64,000 bases of DNA from Candidatus Pacearchaeota archaeon (GCA_017609915.1 JAFCDA010000001.1:5033-69032), one strand, 5' to 3'. Counted from the first letter of the stretch, positions 9,414-19,023 are shown. Program-made: numbers and translations. Notes: generated by a model from the sequence alone, not told the origin.

Positions 9414-10829
9414 ATGGCTAATAAAATAAGGAAACTCATCATTATTGGGATAGATGGGGGGACCTTTAATGTTTTAAATCCTTTATTCCAAAAAGGGTTA
9501 TTGCCTAATTTAAACAAATTTAAGAATAAACTAATACTTGAATCAACAATTCCTCCTGGAACTGCTGTTTCTTGGGCAAGTTTCTCAACAGGAAATCTAC
9601 CTGATAAAACAAATATTTATGATTTTACAATTGTTAGTGAAAATTCTTGGAAAATAAATTTTGTTAATAGGAAAATAGCTAAAGGTAAAAAATTATGGAA
9701 CTATCTTGATGAGGCAGGATTAAAAAGCTGTTTTATTAATCTTCCTTTGACTTATCCTGTTGAGGAAATAAATGGGGTTATGATTTCTGGAATTGATACA
9801 CCAAGCAAATTAAGCAATTATACTTATCCTAAAGAGATTAAAGAAGAATTAAATAAAATAGGATACGAAATAGAAGTTTCTGGTTTAAAAGAAAAATCAG
9901 AAGTAAGTGATGAAGCACTTGCAGTTTTGGATAAAAGAATAATAATTGCAAGGAAATTTTTAAAAGAAAACTTTGATTTTTTTATTGTTTTATTTAGAGG
10001 AAGTGATGTTGTTCAACATTATGCTTGGGGAGAAAATCAAGTTGAAGATGCTTACAAAAAAATAGATAAATTTATTGGAGAGGTTCAAGATTATTGTGGA
10101 AAAAATAATGCTGACTTAATGGTTATATCAGATCATGGTGAAGAAAAAGTCAATAAAGCTTTTAATATAAATTCTTGGTTAGAAAAAGAAGGATATCTTA
10201 AAACTCATATAAAGAAAAAGAATGTTCTTTCTTATCTTGGAGTTAATAGGGAAAGAATTTTCAAAATTTTAGAAAAATTACAATTACAATTTTTAGTAAG
10301 AGTTATTCCAAGAAATATTGGTAAAAAAATACCTACAAAACAAATTAATTTTGAAGAAGCAATAATTACTAAACAAATAGATTTTAATCAAACAAAAGCC
10401 ATTGCTAAACGAGCTGTTAAAACAGCACAAATTTTCATAAGTAGTGAAAAAAGAAAAGGAATTGTTAAGAAAGAGGAAATAAAAGAACTTAAACAAGAAA
10501 TTAAGAACAAATTAAAAAGATTTTTTGAAAAAGAAAAATTAGATGTTATAATTAAGACTAAAGAAGAATTATATCCAAATAGTGAAAATTTTGCTCCAGA
10601 TATTAATTTATATTTTAAAGAAAAAGGTTATGATATCACTGCTTCTTTTTCATCAAATAAGGGCTTATGGAATAATCCTCGAGAAAAAGCAACTCATAAT
10701 AGTGAAGGAATTTTATTTACAGATATAAATATAAAATCAAAATCCCAAAAAATTATTGATTTAGCACCTACAATTTTGAAATATTTTAATATAAAAAAGA
10801 AAAATTTTGATGGAGAAAGTTTAATTTAA
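9414..10829 (+). CDS. alkaline-phosphatase-superfamily phosphodiesterase / nucleotide pyrophosphatase-like protein
   Basis: IIIGIDGGTFNVL metal-site N-terminus and DHGEEKV motif typical of type I phosphodiesterase/NPP (PF01663-like) fold. Confidence 0.6.
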   Translation: MANKIRKLIIIGIDGGTFNVLNPLFQKGLLPNLNKFKNKLILESTIPPGTAVSWASFSTGNLPDKTNIYDFTIVSENSWKINFVNRKIAKGKKLWNYLDEAGLKSCFINLPLTYPVEEINGVMISGIDTPSKLSNYTYPKEIKEELNKIGYEIEVSGLKEKSEVSDEALAVLDKRIIIARKFLKENFDFFIVLFRGSDVVQHYAWGENQVEDAYKKIDKFIGEVQDYCGKNNADLMVISDHGEEKVNKAFNINSWLEKEGYLKTHIKKKNVLSYLGVNRERIFKILEKLQLQFLVRVIPRNIGKKIPTKQINFEEAIITKQIDFNQTKAIAKRAVKTAQIFISSEKRKGIVKKEEIKELKQEIKNKLKRFFEKEKLDVIIKTKEELYPNSENFAPDINLYFKEKGYDITASFSSNKGLWNNPREKATHNSEGILFTDINIKSKSQKIIDLAPTILKYFNIKKKNFDGESLI

Positions 10830-10830
10830 A

Positions 10831-11592
10831 CTAAGTATATCCTAAATCTCTTAGTCTTTGCATGATTTCTTCTCTTACTATTCCTCTTCCAGCCCTTTCA
10901 TGGGCATTTGGATCATCATTTATCTCAGTACAATGGGTACATCCCAAAGAAGTATATCCTTTAGCATAAAGGGGATTACATTTTATATCAAATTCTTTAA
11001 CATAATTTAAAACATCTTCCTGTGTCCAAAATAATAAAGGATGAATTCTAAAATGTGTATCTCTTGGTGAAACAATTGTTTCTTTTGCTCTTTCTTCATG
11101 TTCTACTCCTCTAATTCCTGCCATAAATGCTGATAATTTCAAATCTTCAATAGCTTTTTTTAAAGGAGCGATTTTATGATATCCACAACAGATTTCAGTA
11201 AAATCTGGGGTTTTCCATCCAAATTTTTCTTTTATACTTTCTAATCTATTTTCAGGAGCTTTAACTTCATGGAAATTAGTTAATCCCCATCCCTTGATAA
11301 TTTCATCAATATACTTGTAAGTTTCTTCAAATTGATGTTGAGTATTAACAAAAATTATTGGTAAATCTTTAGGGATTATTGGTAAAGCTACATGCAATAA
11401 AACAACACTATCTGTTCCACCACTAAACCCTAACCCTGTAGTAGGATATCTTTCAATAGTTTCTCTTATTATTTCTTGAGATTTTCTTATTTTTTTATGC
11501 AAAGGCAATTCTGTAAGTTTTTTAATTTCTTCACTCATTAAATCTATACATCTTTGAGTTCTATTAGCTTTTGTATATTTTTCATCTACCAT
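10831..11592 (-). CDS. PAPS/APS reductase family protein (PP-loop, CC...CxxC iron-sulfur type)
   Basis: GLGFSGGTDSVVLLHVA PP-loop, EICCGYHK and C-terminal GCTHCT cysteine pairs as in thioredoxin-dependent APS reductases. Confidence 0.65.
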   Translation of the reverse strand: MVDEKYTKANRTQRCIDLMSEEIKKLTELPLHKKIRKSQEIIRETIERYPTTGLGFSGGTDSVVLLHVALPIIPKDLPIIFVNTQHQFEETYKYIDEIIKGWGLTNFHEVKAPENRLESIKEKFGWKTPDFTEICCGYHKIAPLKKAIEDLKLSAFMAGIRGVEHEERAKETIVSPRDTHFRIHPLLFWTQEDVLNYVKEFDIKCNPLYAKGYTSLGCTHCTEINDDPNAHERAGRGIVREEIMQRLRDLGYT

Positions 11593-11665
11593 TTTTTTAT
11601 TGATTAGATTTAATTAAATATAATGACTATTTAAAGATTATTATGTTTAGATATAGATGAATCAT

Positions 11666-12874
11666 CTATTCTAAAAATTTCATAAGGTAACTATCTCCAG
11701 AATAAATATTAATAGATTCTTCAGGGTCTTTTTCTAAATCATATTCTTCTATTTTCTCATGATGGCTTGCCTTACACAAATTACAAAAATTATTTTTTGC
11801 TAAAATTAATTTTCTGTTTTTGGTTCTTACAGTTTTAATATCTTCACAAAGCCCATCAAATGAAAAAATCTTATCCCTAATTGGCTGATTAGTTTTTATT
11901 AAAGGTAAAAAAGATTTTCCATCAAATTCTTCTTGTGTTTCTAATTGAAGATAATCTAAAATACTTGGGACAATATCAATGTCTTGAACAAATTCTGTTA
12001 TTTTTTTAGATTCAAGTCCTGGAAAATGCATTACAGAGGGAATATGTATTGAATCTTCATATAATCCTGAAGAACTAAAATAAATTCCCTGCTCTGTTAA
12101 ATTTGTTCCATGATCTCCTACAATTATTAATATAGTGTCTTCCCATAAATTTTGTTCTATTAAAACCTCTTTAATCCTTTTTATTTCATTATCTATATCT
12201 TTTATTGAAGTGTCATATTTATTTATCATATCTTGGATAGTGTAAAGTTTTTTTCCTTCAATTCTCTTTTTCAAATATTCTCTCTGACTTTCATCTTTAA
12301 TATTTTCTAATGTTTTTTGAAAATCTGTTTCATTATTTTCTGATTCATATTTTGTATTTGGAAAAGGAAAATGAGTATCCCATATATGCATAAACAAGAA
12401 AAAAGACTTGTCTGTGTTTTGATTTTCTTTTATTTTAGAAATAGCTAAATCTGTCATTTCGTTTATTGGAGCAAATGGTGCTGGAGATTTTTTAAAATCA
12501 AAATTTTCTCCTTCCCCATAATAATTAAATCCTCGTTTAAACCAAAGTCCAATCCAATCTACACAAATTGTCTCATATCCTTTATTTTTCAAATATTCAG
12601 GAAACCAGAATTTTACTTTTTGAACTTTATCAATTTCTTCTTGCTTAGTATATGGGAGTTGATGAATTACTCCATGATTATTTGGATATTTTCCAGTAAA
12701 TATAGAGCTTAATGCAGGAGCAGTAGAATTTGATGCTGAAAAATAATTATCAAACCAGAGATTTTCTTTTGCAATTTCTTTTATGTTTTTATCTGTTTCC
12801 TTATGATAACCATATAAACTTAGATTTTTTCTTCTAAAAGCATCTACAAGGATGATAATTATATTCTTTTTCAT
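11666..12874 (-). CDS. sulfatase-fold (alkaline phosphatase superfamily) hydrolase/transferase lacking FGly cysteine
   Basis: IIILVDAFRR metal-binding N-terminus and GDHG motif; sulfatase signature CxPxR replaced by TAPAL (Thr nucleophile as in phosphotransferases such as EptA/LtaS). Confidence 0.6.
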   Translation of the reverse strand: MKKNIIIILVDAFRRKNLSLYGYHKETDKNIKEIAKENLWFDNYFSASNSTAPALSSIFTGKYPNNHGVIHQLPYTKQEEIDKVQKVKFWFPEYLKNKGYETICVDWIGLWFKRGFNYYGEGENFDFKKSPAPFAPINEMTDLAISKIKENQNTDKSFFLFMHIWDTHFPFPNTKYESENNETDFQKTLENIKDESQREYLKKRIEGKKLYTIQDMINKYDTSIKDIDNEIKRIKEVLIEQNLWEDTILIIVGDHGTNLTEQGIYFSSSGLYEDSIHIPSVMHFPGLESKKITEFVQDIDIVPSILDYLQLETQEEFDGKSFLPLIKTNQPIRDKIFSFDGLCEDIKTVRTKNRKLILAKNNFCNLCKASHHEKIEEYDLEKDPEESINIYSGDSYLMKFLE

Positions 12875-12922
12875 TTTACTTAATTAAATTTAATTACTGT
12901 ATTTAAAGATTTATGAGTAAAA

Positions 12923-13150
12923 CTAGTCTAAATAACCTAGGGCTTTTAATCTCTTTCTTATTGCCTCTTCTTCTTCCTTAGAAAATCCTTCTCCTTTAGT
13001 TTCTGGAGATTCAGATAATAATTGCCTTAAAATAAAGGTCACATATGCTGAAGGAGAATGCATCCCAGTTCCTTTTATCTTTTCTTTTATTTTATCTACT
13101 AATTGGGTTGGTAGAGAGATTGTACTAAATTTTGATTTTTTATTTTTCAT
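12923..13150 (-). CDS. ribbon-helix-helix (CopG/Arc-like) small protein
   Basis: 75 aa; STISLPTQLVDKIKEKI beta-strand-helix pattern of RHH; C-terminal tail RKRLKALGYLD. Confidence 0.4.
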   Translation of the reverse strand: MKNKKSKFSTISLPTQLVDKIKEKIKGTGMHSPSAYVTFILRQLLSESPETKGEGFSKEEEEAIRKRLKALGYLD

Positions 13151-13229
13151 AATTTACTTAAGAATATAGAGATTTTAAAACTTTCTTAATTAAGCATATC
13201 TTTAAAAATATGAGGTAGATTTAATTAAT

Positions 13230-13346
13230 ATGACTGAAGAAAACAATAATGAAGATAATAAAGATAAAGAAGAAGATAATGCATATACTCCTGAAGAAGA
13301 ATTAGAAGTAAAAAAAAGACTTGAGAGCTTGGGGTATTTGGATTAA
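13230..13346 (+). CDS. small acidic ORF (38 aa) ending in the same KKRLESLGYLD tail, hypothetical
   Basis: Not in ORF track (short); ATG 13230 to TAA 13346; tail matches C-terminus of neighbouring RHH protein. Confidence 0.2.
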   Translation: MTEENNNEDNKDKEEDNAYTPEEELEVKKRLESLGYLD

Positions 13347-13442
13347 ATATAACTTTCTTAGTGTCTCTAATCATAATTAGGACTTAAACTTCTCTTCTTT
13401 AAAGCATTATATTTTATAATATATAGATTAGAATTTTGGTTT

Positions 13443-15155
13443 TCACATTCTCTTTTTTAACAAATTGTCTCTGATTAATAAATAATTTCTTCTCAAAAAA
13501 TCTAATTTTTCATAATGATAAACTTCTATTTTGTATAAAAAACTTGTAATCCAAAACTGCATTCCGCATTTTCTACATGGCAACATAAATTGGTAACGAA
13601 ATTTGTTTTTAATTAAACAATTTTCATACTGAATTTTTTCATGGCAAAAAGGACATTTAACCTTAACCCTGTATCTATCTTTATTTGTTTTTTTAATTTT
13701 GAGGGGAATAACATAACGAGCATATTTTCTTCTTGCATCTACTATATCTTTTTTTAATTTCAGAATTTCATTATCTGTCATTTTATCAGTCATATTTATC
13801 CAATTAGTATGGGCTATTTTGTTTTTAATAAAAGATAATTTATCTTTAATAATTCCTTTTTTAATACAATGGTGATAAATAGCACTTCCAGGATATGGTT
13901 GAATAAATCCTATTCTAATTGAAGAATCTAAAGGAATATAACCAATGCCTTTTGTTATTTTTTTCCAATAATTAAGAGTTTTATAAGCAGTTTCTTTTGT
14001 TTCAGCAACATCTCCAAAAATAAAATTTCCTTGAATACCTATACCTACTTCTCTTGAAAGTTTTATAACATTATCAATTTGTTGAGGGGTTATTGGTTTT
14101 TTCATACTTTTAAGTACTTTTTCACTATAACTTTCAAAACCAAAACCAACAACAGTACATCCTGCATCTTTTAATGTTTTTAATAATTTTTTATCTACTC
14201 CAGCCACTACTAGTTGACAAGTCCATTTAATTTTCCAAGGTGTGTTTTTAATAAGTTTTTTTATTTTTTTACAAAACTCATATACTCTTTCTTTATTAAC
14301 TGAAAATAAATCATCATAAATTTCAATAGCATTGATTTTATATTTTTTTATTGCTATTTCAAGTTCTTTAATAACTGAATCAATTTGCCTTTCCCTATAT
14401 TTTCTTCCAATACTATGATAACAAAAAGTGCATTGAAAAGCACACCCTCTGCTGGCAAGTATTGGGTAAGACCTTGGATAATCAAATTCTCCATAGAGAA
14501 AATAAGAATTACTTTGATTTTTTAATTTTTCTTCATATCCAAATCCTTCAAAATCTGGCAAAGGCAAGGAATCTAAATCCATTATAAGCTCTCTTGGTTT
14601 TGTGAAAAAAGGTTTTTTATTTTTTGGTTTTGTGAAAAAAGGTTTTTTATTTTTTATATAACCTATTCCATTTATTTTGCTTAAGTTTCTTTTTTTTTCT
14701 AAACATTTTAATAACTCGATTATTGTTGTTTCTCCTTCACCAACTACTACAAAATCTGGGTGTAATGATTTAAGCATTAATTCTGGTTCGCTTGTTATTA
14801 ATGCTCCTCCCACAATAGTTTTTGGTTTAGAAGGATGATTTTTAGCTGCTTTTAATATTTTCTCTATTACCACATAACCTATTCCAGTATGTCCTGAACA
14901 AACAATATCATATTTCTTTTTATTTAATTGTCGAAAAACTAATTCTTCTGTTTTTCCATTTAAATGATTTAAATTTAGGCAATCTACATCATATTTTGCT
15001 TTTTTTAAAACAGCAGAAATATAACCCAATCCTAAAGGAAAATTATACTGATAATTTGTTTTATTGCTCAAATTATATCTTGGAATTACAAGCAATATTT
15101 TCATATTTTCTTTTGTATTTTTTTTAGTGTGTTTTATTAATTTTTGTTTTATCAT
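13443..15155 (-). CDS. B12-binding domain radical SAM protein with C-terminal zinc ribbon
   Basis: Cobalamin-binding N-domain, ASRGCAFQCTFCYHS radical SAM motif, C-terminal CPFCHEK...CRKC; contains in-frame 30-bp tandem duplication. Confidence 0.8.
   Translation of the reverse strand: MIKQKLIKHTKKNTKENMKILLVIPRYNLSNKTNYQYNFPLGLGYISAVLKKAKYDVDCLNLNHLNGKTEELVFRQLNKKKYDIVCSGHTGIGYVVIEKILKAAKNHPSKPKTIVGGALITSEPELMLKSLHPDFVVVGEGETTIIELLKCLEKKRNLSKINGIGYIKNKKPFFTKPKNKKPFFTKPRELIMDLDSLPLPDFEGFGYEEKLKNQSNSYFLYGEFDYPRSYPILASRGCAFQCTFCYHSIGRKYRERQIDSVIKELEIAIKKYKINAIEIYDDLFSVNKERVYEFCKKIKKLIKNTPWKIKWTCQLVVAGVDKKLLKTLKDAGCTVVGFGFESYSEKVLKSMKKPITPQQIDNVIKLSREVGIGIQGNFIFGDVAETKETAYKTLNYWKKITKGIGYIPLDSSIRIGFIQPYPGSAIYHHCIKKGIIKDKLSFIKNKIAHTNWINMTDKMTDNEILKLKKDIVDARRKYARYVIPLKIKKTNKDRYRVKVKCPFCHEKIQYENCLIKNKFRYQFMLPCRKCGMQFWITSFLYKIEVYHYEKLDFLRRNYLLIRDNLLKKRM
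14596..14655 (-). repeat. perfect 2 x 30-bp tandem duplication inside CDS (encodes KKPFFTKPKN twice)
   Basis: ggttttgtgaaaaaaggttttttatttttt repeated head-to-tail at 14596-14625 and 14626-14655. Confidence 0.9.
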
Positions 15156-15241
15156 TTTATTTAGTTTAATTTAGAATATTTAAGATTTATTAATGTATAA
15201 TCATACCTTATTGCCCCCATATTTCTAAGAATTTTACTGGT

Positions 15242-15728
15242 TCACTTTATAACTCTTAATTCAACATGAACTTGAGATACTAAACCACCAAAAAACAAAG
15301 CTAATTTTTCTCTAAGTGGTTTGAATATAAATTTTCCAATTCTTGTGGGTATTAATTCTAATTTGATTATCTCAAACTTTTTTTATTTTTTTATTTTATT
15401 TGGTCCTTCTACAAATACTTTAAATGTCGCATCTGAAAAATAATGTAAATGTTCCATATCATTAAAAGCTCCTTTACTATTATAATAGGGCACTTCAATA
15501 ATAATTACTGCATTTTGCTTACATATTCGATATAACTCATTTAATACTTTTTTGGTTTTAAATAAGATAATATTTGATTCATTAAAACATAATCATAACA
15601 ATCTGCATTTAAGGGATAAGGAAATTTATTAAAATCAAAGCTCTTGAAGATTTTTGGATTTTTTGTATATCTACATTATCCCATCCTTCTCTTATATCTG
15701 GCCCACATCCAAAATTAAGTTTTCTCAT
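15242..15728 (-). pseudogene. class I SAM-dependent methyltransferase (Methyltransf_11-like) pseudogene, two frameshifts and one in-frame stop
   Basis: Minus strand reads MRKLNFGCGPDIREGWDNVDI then continues in +1 frame (FDFNKFPYPLNADCYDYVLMNQ), then another frame (LNELYRICKQNAVIIIEVPYYNSKGAFNDMEHLHYF), stop, then in-frame KKFEIIKLELIP...; breaks lie at poly-A runs. Confidence 0.6.
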
Positions 15729-15813
15729 GATTATAATCACTTCTTATTTTAAAAATTTTTTAGAGTAAAAAGAACGCAATAATGTTTAAAAAGCTTCTTA
15801 TAAAATAAAGTAT

Positions 15814-16686
15814 ATGTTAAAAAGAATAAAAAAAAGAATAAAAAAAAGAATAAGAAAGATAATGAAAGGGTCTTTTTTACATCTAATATTTGAGTATAAA
15901 TGGTATCTTATCAATAGGGCGGCATTAAGAAGATTATTAAAAAAGAATTATAAAAAAAATTTCAAACAACTTCAACCTTCTTCAAAAGTTGCTATTCTTT
16001 TTTTAGGAACCAGGACATATGTTAATCTTTTTCCAAATTATTATAAAAATATAAAAAAATATTTTTTACCAAATATAAAAAAATATTTTTTTGTTTATAC
16101 AGACCAAGTAGATTATCCTTTTTTGTCAAAAAAAGATGTTATTGTTGTTCCTATTAAACATAGAAAATATCCTTTGCCTATGCTTTATACATTTAAATCA
16201 ATAAATAAAGCAGCTGATAAATTAAAAAAATATGACCATATAATCTGGTTTGATGCAGATATGATTGTCAATAGGGTGGTTAAAGAAGAAGAGTTTTTTT
16301 GCCATGATAAACAATTATTTGGGGTCAGACATCCAAATTTTTTAGCTAGAAAAGGAACTTTTGATAATAATCCTAAATCATTAGCTTATGTTCGACCTGA
16401 AGATAATTCTTCTATTTATTATCAAGCTTGTCTTTGGGGAGGTCAATCTAAACCTTTTCTTAAACTATTAAAAGAATTAGAAAAAAGAGTAGATATTGAC
16501 TTATCAAAGAATATTCGTTCAAGAATTTTAGATGAATCTTATTTAAATAAATATTTTATAGAAAAAAAAGATATCACACATGCATATGACCCAACCTATG
16601 CTTATCCTAAAAATCAACCTATTCCCCAACCTTTTAAAAAAAAGATTTTGCATGTTGATTTTAAAAAACATAAAATAATTAAGTGA
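15814..16686 (+). CDS. GT6 family glycosyltransferase (ABO / alpha-1,3-Gal(NAc) transferase-like), DxD type
   Basis: Colinear motifs with vertebrate ABO transferases: FFVYTDQ (HYYVFTDQ), IIWFDADM (VCVDVDM), LFGVRHPNF (LFGTLHPGF), AYVRPEDNSSIYY..LWGG (AYIPKDEGDFYYLGGFFGG), LDESYLNKY (HDESHLNKY). Confidence 0.8.
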   Translation: MLKRIKKRIKKRIRKIMKGSFLHLIFEYKWYLINRAALRRLLKKNYKKNFKQLQPSSKVAILFLGTRTYVNLFPNYYKNIKKYFLPNIKKYFFVYTDQVDYPFLSKKDVIVVPIKHRKYPLPMLYTFKSINKAADKLKKYDHIIWFDADMIVNRVVKEEEFFCHDKQLFGVRHPNFLARKGTFDNNPKSLAYVRPEDNSSIYYQACLWGGQSKPFLKLLKELEKRVDIDLSKNIRSRILDESYLNKYFIEKKDITHAYDPTYAYPKNQPIPQPFKKKILHVDFKKHKIIK

Positions 16687-16749
16687 TGTGGAATTTAATA
16701 CATATTTTAACTACATAAAAGCTTTTAAATTAAAAAGATAGTCAAAAAT

Positions 16750-17823
16750 ATGGAAGAGTATGAAAAAGAGTTTGAAAATAAAAAGATTCTTATTACTGGG
16801 GGTTTGGGTTTTATAGGAAGTAATTTAGCTCATAAATTAATTCAACTAAATCCTCAAAGAATAGTTGTTGTAGATTCTCTTATTCCAGAATGTGGAGGAA
16901 ATGAGCATAATTTAGATAAAATTAAAGAGGAAATTGATATTTTTAATGTAGATATAAGACAGACTAAAACAATGGATGCTATTATAAGATCATTAAAACC
17001 TGATTTTATATTTAATTTAGCAGGATTATTAAGTCATACAGAAAGTTTAAAAGATCCAAAAAAAGATGCAGAAATAAATGCATGGGCACAATACAATATA
17101 TTAGAACCTTGTAAAATAAATAAGAATAAAGTTAAAATAATTTATGCAGGAACCAGAGGACAATATGGAAAAGATATAAAAATAATGCCTATTACTGAGA
17201 ATTTATCTACTTTAAAACCTGCAGACCCTAATGGAATAAGTAAAAATTCAGGAGAACAAAGTTGTTTATTTTATGGTGAAAAATTTGAAAATATAAGTGT
17301 CTGTTCTTTGAGAATGACTAATACTTATGGTCCAAAACATCAAATGATTTCACCTAAACAAGGATTTTTAAATTGGTTTATAAGGTTAGCTATGGATAAT
17401 AAAGAAATTTCAGTTTATGAACCTGGAAGTCAATTAAGAGATTTTAATTATGTTGATGATGTTGTTAGAGCTTTATTAATGGCTATGGCTTCTAATAAAA
17501 CAAATAATGAGGTTTACAATCTAGGAAGTTGTTTAAATGATGGATATGAACTAAAAGAGTTATGTGGGAATATAATCTCAGTAAAAGATGTTGCAAAAAA
17601 GATAACTGAAATTTGTCATGAAGAACTTGGAGAGTCTGGCAAATTAATAATGATGCCTTATCCTGAAGAAATGAAAAAAATAGAAGTGGGAAATATTAAA
17701 ATGGACTTTACAAAATTTAATAGGGACACTGGTTGGAAGCCTTTAATTAATTTAGATGAAGGATTAAGAAAAACCATAAGATTTTACAATCAAAATAAAG
17801 AAAAATACTGGGGATTAAAATGA
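16750..17823 (+). CDS. NAD-dependent sugar-nucleotide epimerase/dehydratase (SDR family)
   Basis: KILITGGLGFIGSNLAHKL Rossmann motif, YxxxK region; 4-nt overlap with downstream aminotransferase. Confidence 0.8.
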   Translation: MEEYEKEFENKKILITGGLGFIGSNLAHKLIQLNPQRIVVVDSLIPECGGNEHNLDKIKEEIDIFNVDIRQTKTMDAIIRSLKPDFIFNLAGLLSHTESLKDPKKDAEINAWAQYNILEPCKINKNKVKIIYAGTRGQYGKDIKIMPITENLSTLKPADPNGISKNSGEQSCLFYGEKFENISVCSLRMTNTYGPKHQMISPKQGFLNWFIRLAMDNKEISVYEPGSQLRDFNYVDDVVRALLMAMASNKTNNEVYNLGSCLNDGYELKELCGNIISVKDVAKKITEICHEELGESGKLIMMPYPEEMKKIEVGNIKMDFTKFNRDTGWKPLINLDEGLRKTIRFYNQNKEKYWGLK

Positions 17824-18911
17824 TTCCTTTTGGAAATTTAAAAAAACATTATAGTTTAATAAAATCTAATATTGATAAAGCTATATCTGATGTTTTGCAA
17901 GGAGGGTGGTTTATTTTAGGAGAAACATTAAAATCATTTGAAAAAGAATTTGCAGAGTATTGTGGCAAGAAATATGGGGTTGGTGTTGGAAATGGGACAG
18001 ATGCTTTATTATTAGCATTAAAAGCGTACGGAATCAAGCAAGGTGATGAGGTGATAAGTGTTCCAAATACAGCTATTCCAACAATTTCGGCTATTGTTAG
18101 TTCTGGGGCAAAGCCTGTTTTTGTAGATGTTGGTGAAGATTATTTAATAGATGTTAATAAAATAGAGGCAGCTATAACTGAAAAAACAAAAGCAATTATG
18201 CCTGTGCATTTATATGGTCAAGTTTGTGATATGGAACCTATATTAAAAATAGCTGAAAAATATAATCTTCATGTTATAGAAGATTGTGCACAATCTCATG
18301 GAGCAGAATATAAAGAAAAAAAATCTCCTATTGGAGAAACTGGATGTTTTAGTTTTTATCCAAGTAAAAACTTAGGTGCTTTTGGAGATGCAGGAATGAT
18401 TGTGACAGATAATGAAGACTTAGCAAAAAAATTAAGAATGTTAAGAGATTATGGAAAATCAGAAAGAAATAGTGCTAAACTTCATGGATATAATAGCAGA
18501 TTAGATGATATTCAAGCAGCAATATTAAGTGTTAAATTAAAATATCTTGATATGTGGAATAATGAAAGAAGAAAAATTGCTTTTATATATGATATTTTAT
18601 TAAAAAATAATTTTAAAATCCCTATAGAAAACAAAAATAACAAACATGTTTATCATTTGTATGTTATAAAAACAGATAAAAGAGATGAATTACAAAATTT
18701 TTTGAAAAATAAAGGAATTGGAAGTGTGATCCATTACCCAATACCAATCCATTTACAACCTGCTTATGAATATTTAGGATATAAAGAAGGAGATTTTCCA
18801 AAAGCTGAGCAATATGCAAGTGAAATTCTTTCATTACCTATTTTTCCTGAATTAGAAAATGAAGAAATTCAGGAAGTTGTTAAGGTAATTAAAGAGTTTT
18901 TTGAAAATTAG
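17820..18911 (+). CDS. DegT/DnrJ/EryC1/StrS family PLP-dependent sugar aminotransferase
   Basis: GGWFILGETLKSFEKEFAEYCG..GNGTDAL and PLP-lysine region SFYPSKNLGAFGDAG. Confidence 0.85.
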   Translation: MIPFGNLKKHYSLIKSNIDKAISDVLQGGWFILGETLKSFEKEFAEYCGKKYGVGVGNGTDALLLALKAYGIKQGDEVISVPNTAIPTISAIVSSGAKPVFVDVGEDYLIDVNKIEAAITEKTKAIMPVHLYGQVCDMEPILKIAEKYNLHVIEDCAQSHGAEYKEKKSPIGETGCFSFYPSKNLGAFGDAGMIVTDNEDLAKKLRMLRDYGKSERNSAKLHGYNSRLDDIQAAILSVKLKYLDMWNNERRKIAFIYDILLKNNFKIPIENKNNKHVYHLYVIKTDKRDELQNFLKNKGIGSVIHYPIPIHLQPAYEYLGYKEGDFPKAEQYASEILSLPIFPELENEEIQEVVKVIKEFFEN

Positions 18912-19023
18912 AAGGTGAATAAACTAATATCTTATAAGTATAGGAAAGATATTCAATGAGGAGCTTAAACTTATCAGATAATAAAACTTAAGATTTATAG
19001 AGATATTTAAAATAAAATATAAA

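Noticed and set aside
9308-9517. N-terminal 70-aa extension of the GT4 ORF
   Set aside because: Would overlap the next gene by about 100 bp and adds a non-GT4 hydrophobic segment; Met at 9307 (MKIAHINMF) matches canonical GT4 starts.
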